Assembly (NCBI GenBank): GCA_039621445.1
Contig: CP154954.1
Location: forward strand, 31,334,012-31,398,011
DNA from: Euglena gracilis
Taxonomy: Eukaryota
Length of the DNA: 64,000 nt
Direction: 5' to 3'
Within the stretch, counting starts at the first letter, position 1; every line of letters begins with the position of its first letter. A program made the position numbers and the translations under genes. The notes below the pieces were generated by a model, which saw nothing but the letters and a program-made list of their open reading frames with translations, did no database searches and was not told the DNA's origin. Shown piece by piece: positions 61,291 to 64,000 of the stretch.

Positions 61291-61419
61291 CTTACATAAA
61301 AGTAGGCCTCATCATCGCCAACTCCGGCAACAAAGGCGCAAGTAAGAAGCACCCCCCGCGCACACACAAACACACCAGGACAGAACAGCCGGCAAGAAAA
61401 GCAGGACATCACCATCTTC

Positions 61420-62060
61420 TCGTGCTTCGCCCTCTTGGTCTCTTCATCCCCCTTCCTGTGTCGGGGGAGTCCGAAAGACAGACACGTTGGACAGTAGAAT
61501 TGGCAGGCACAAAGACCATGCGACATCAATATCAGGAACCTTTGGCAACAGACAGAAAGCAAGCTAAAAAGGATTTTCAAGTTTTAAAGGAGGAGACATT
61601 GTAATTATCAACTCGACACCCTGGAAAAAGTGCAGAGCAAGCAACGTCAGCTAGAGGACCTGCGGGTGCGTTTTTTAACCATGGCCAACACAACAACTAC
61701 CCAATCCCCACCGCCCCCCCCACAATCTCCAAAGAATGTTTTCAGCAGCAGCAAACCTAGGACCACGAACGCGGGAAAACAGGGGGCAAAAAGCCAAGAC
61801 AAAAACGGAATAAAAAGGCATTTCGAACTTGGGTGCAGAAAACCCTCCCTACATCTTCAGATGGAATCAGGGGCAAGGGAGGCCTACTAGCAGGGCTCCG
61901 CATATTTCAAATTGGCCTTGAAAGAAACCCGAATTTACATCCCCGGCCATGGAGGCAAGCCAAGGCGGCCTAACAAAAGGGCTATGGCTAAATGGGTGGA
62001 CCTCCAAAGGTCCGTCAGAAGCTGAGGGGCAGCCAAGTAGGGGCTTTGTATTTAAATCGT
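61420..62060 (+). pseudogene. Further DIRS 5' repeat plus gag-like fragment
   Basis: GTGCTTCGCCCTC motif shared with 57186. QSKQRQLEDLRVR parallels QQKQQQLDNLRAR in copy 2. Confidence 0.5.
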
Positions 62061-62339
62061 CAAGCCAAGGAGGAAGAGGGACCTGGCCTTTCTGGATAGA
62101 AAGGGGCGGATAGTGCTTCGGATTTTGAAGAAAATGCCAGATTTGCCCCAAAAGTCGCAGAGCTGGCGAAGGTGGCCGGGGGCGTCCGGAAAGAGGACAG
62201 TTATCGCCGGTGCTTGATTGCGATTTTCGGTGCTTTTCCCCCCATTGGGCTGTTGGTTTTCTCCCCATACTCTAAAGGGCGTCGTACTCCCTTGAGGAAT
62301 AACCCACCATGGGGGAGGGGGCATCAATGCGAGTTTCTG

Positions 62340-62900
62340 GTGCGGTGGTTCGGAGTCCCTGCTTGGTGCCTTTTTCGCCGGAGTTGGCTGATGATGATTT
62401 TTGCTCTTCGACAAAAGAAAACCTCGCCAGCGAACAAGGCATGGCCTCACAAGGACAAAGTGCGGAGCCCCGGGTGTCGCCATTGGCGCGGATTTGTGGT
62501 TGCTTCATGCCAAGATATCGTACTCCCTCGAGGACAACCGACCAGGGAGGAAGGGACACCGAGTGCTAAGCACAAAGACCTTGTGAGGCCATGCCTTGCT
62601 CGCCAGCGGTGTTGTTTGGATTGTTTGCTGCGTTGGGCTAGGAGTCCCTTCTTAGTGCCGCCTCGCCAGAGTTGGCTGACGATGATGCTCCGACTTGGCG
62701 ACGTGACTTCTGGCCCCTGGCCCCCCCCTGGCACACATTTTCTGACCGAGGGCTTTTGAAGACAAATTTTCTTTTACGGGTGGGGGGGTCGGGCTCACAA
62801 GGTCTTTGTGCTTCGCCCTCGGTGTCCCTTCCTCCCTGGTCAGTTGTCCTCGAGGGAGTATGAGACACCTCGGGCTCCGCACTTTGCCCATGTGAGGCCG
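62340..62900. repeat. DIRS terminal repeats / internal complementary region
   Basis: 62443-62587 is largely the reverse complement of 62795-62899. Blocks are shared with 53680-53885 and 57186-57285. Confidence 0.75.
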
Positions 62901-62929
62901 GATTGTGCACTGAAATTATGGGAGCCAGG

Positions 62930-63860
62930 GCATTTTCCAGGGCACCTTGGACACCAAATCGTTGATAATGGGCTGCAAAATCCTCCACCCCCTTCCACTG
63001 TCCATTCTCGTAAACTTCTTGGGCCAAAAGGCCCAATTTTTTGAGTAAACCAACTCCTGCTCCTCTGGTGGAGTGTGCCCCACACACCTGGGGGGGTACC
63101 CCCTGTTTGGCCAAAAATCTTTTGTGATAGAATCCACGGTGTCTGCACTTATGGCCCTGAAGGGGGGTTTTAATGGTATCAGAAGGGGGCCCCCCGGTCT
63201 GACGAATGAACGTGTGGCAGCAACATAGGACATAATTAAATGAAAGGGGCTTATTTGTGGACATTGGGGAATGGACACGACCCTTACCCACTTGTGAAAC
63301 TTCTGGCCTTTACGCTTAATTTTTATATGGGGTGCCCTACCCAACACACTGGTGGTTCGTTTGACTTGTGCCAAGTCAGAGGATCTGTATAAACAGAGGT
63401 TTCGTGAGCAAAAAATAAGTTGTGTAGGTAATGTAGAAATATCAGTGGGCATAGGGGCCTTGGCCAGCCCCAAGAGGATTGGGAGGGGATCCAAAAATGC
63501 CCCGTACTTCTCCAGATTTTTGTTTCAAAGCCTCTTGTAAGGTGTAAACAGCGTGTGGAATCTTAGACCACCAAACCCAGGAATCCAAAGCATTGCACTA
63601 TATGAATTACGGGCTTGGGCCTTGGAAAACTGGAATAATTGTATTAAAGCGTCAGCCACTTGGTCTGTGGTGGATTCGGGGCGGGGCACCCCCATTTGCT
63701 CCAAAATTACCCACAGAAGTGCAAAAGCACTCTGATAACGTTTTAAACTGGGGTTTCTCCCCAAGAAATCATCAATGATTTTAACCTGAATTTGTTTCCC
63801 CTCCAATATTTGCCTGTACAAATCATGCAAAGAAGGGGCCACCTGGGGGGGGGGGTGGCA
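62930..63860 (-). pseudogene. Tyrosine recombinase of a DIRS element, frameshifted
   Basis: LCLYRSSDLA (R), IKIKRKG (K), AHSTRGAG (HxxR), GQW and AAHYQR (Y), spread over three frames. Confidence 0.9.
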
Positions 63861-64000
63861 TTTGAAGGTACGTCCCCTGACTCTATCCCCACTGCCTGTC
63901 GGCCTAGTTAGACCCTCCCGTGTGAACAGAACCAGGAGAGTAACAAAAAAGAAAGTCTTTCACTTAACTATTAGTTTTTATTGCCTTTGGGCTTATGCAG

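Noticed and set aside
62930-63860. Phage or integron integrase
   Set aside because: Its upstream sequence matches the end of DIRS copy 1 and it sits among DIRS terminal repeats.

Overview
This is eukaryotic, repeat-saturated nuclear DNA with no prokaryotic operons, rRNA, tRNA or CRISPR array. The intron style and the single host gene suggest a euglenid (Euglenozoa), which is an inference. The window holds: a 77-bp satellite (1-2215); deeply nested inverted-repeat elements (4.4-12 kb), one carrying head-to-head TTAGGG/CCCTAA tracts; a triplicated ~4.4-kb segment (12777-29047) carrying a decayed RT+RNase H non-LTR retrotransposon and, in the middle copy, an intron-containing pogo-like (D35D) transposase pseudogene; many non-autonomous hAT-type MITEs with CAG...CTG ends and 8-bp target-site duplications (TSDs); one likely host gene (CCCH zinc-finger protein, ~33109-36083, +); and a cluster of decayed DIRS-type tyrosine-recombinase retrotransposons (53.6-63.9 kb). 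The main observation is that the CCCH gene reads in frame when its introns are cut 3 nt before CAG and 5 nt after CTG. That 3+5 offset equals one 8-bp TSD, and one intron still has both TIRs and a 7/8 TSD. The window therefore appears to show hAT-type MITEs becoming euglenid-type non-canonical introns. Most ORFs in the supplied track are spurious translations of repeats.
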